Source: Microthyrium microscopicum (taxonomy: Eukaryota). Taken from it: a stretch of DNA of 64,000 nucleotides. The position numbers and the translations under genes are program-made. The notes under the pieces were generated by a model. That model worked only from the letters and a program-made list of their open reading frames with translations, was not told the origin of the DNA and did not search any database. Positions 63,491 to 64,000 of this stretch are shown piece after piece (the first letter of the stretch is position 1; every line of letters starts with the position of its first letter). The DNA is taken from contig MU004230.1 in assembly GCA_010405405.1 (NCBI GenBank), forward strand, positions 4,296,282 to 4,360,281, written 5' to 3'.

Positions 63491-64000
63491 AGTTATCCCT
63501 GTCTTTGTTGCTCGGTAGTTGAATGAATTGTAAGCTACAACTCCTAGACTGAAACTGTGTGACCAGTACCAATTGGTATCATGGTAATCCCTTACATGCT
63601 ATGAAGATATAGCGAGGTCATTCCATGTGTCAGGTTGTTTAATGAGCATTAGATCAAAGTAGTTAACATTGGCAGTGATATGGCAAATGGTTGAATAGTT
63701 TATTTGCCCTCTAGCGTGCAGGCAGCCTAACATCAAGAGATGCAGCGATATATCTAGACGCAATACTCTTGGTAATTCCACACATGAAACTGAATTACTT
63801 ATAACTCAAAGGGGTTGCAAAGGCAAGTCTCCCGTAATATGCCAAGAAAATAGAAACAGGCTTGAACGTAACTACAAGTCCTCCTGATGAAATGAAGAAG
63901 AAGAAGGGGTATTCCTGCTGAGAAATGTCAAACGCCGATTTTTGCTTGGAGTTGAAAACGCAAAAGAGATACGATCAGCCAAAAAAGGTTTGGGCAATGA

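Noticed and set aside
696..63781. Most short ORFs in the six-frame track
   Set aside because: Antisense or alternate-frame shadows of real genes, or motif-less intergenic ORFs.
1..64000. tRNA or rRNA genes
   Set aside because: No cloverleaf or rRNA-like sequence recognised by eye; tRNAscan-SE and barrnap were not run.

Overview
Fungal (Pezizomycotina-type) genomic DNA with short GT-AG introns and clear RIP (CpA->TpA) damage. The left third is dominated by an 11.9-kb RIP-inactivated CACTA/CMC-type DNA transposon (5771-17680). It has 35-bp CACTAG TIRs, a 2-bp CT duplication, a reconstructable transposase and about four further ORF relics, and sits just upstream of a class IV chitin synthase. 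Three TA-flanked MITEs are also present: one RIPed and two apparently not. The most intriguing gene-level signal is a co-oriented pair of bacterial-type enzymes: an intronless luciferase-like flavin monooxygenase and an ~810-aa PHP/DUF3604-like metallohydrolase with two introns. Together they may form an undescribed catabolic module. The rest is a compact housekeeping block (WD40, Med22, His5, Vta1, cupin, GPI protein, Rpc25, NUFIP1/CCCH, SMYD, GNAT, RBR ligase, UaY), a DUF6536 probable pseudogene and a decaying tandem duplication of an F-box-like gene. All calls come from manual reading and recalled motifs; no database searches were run.
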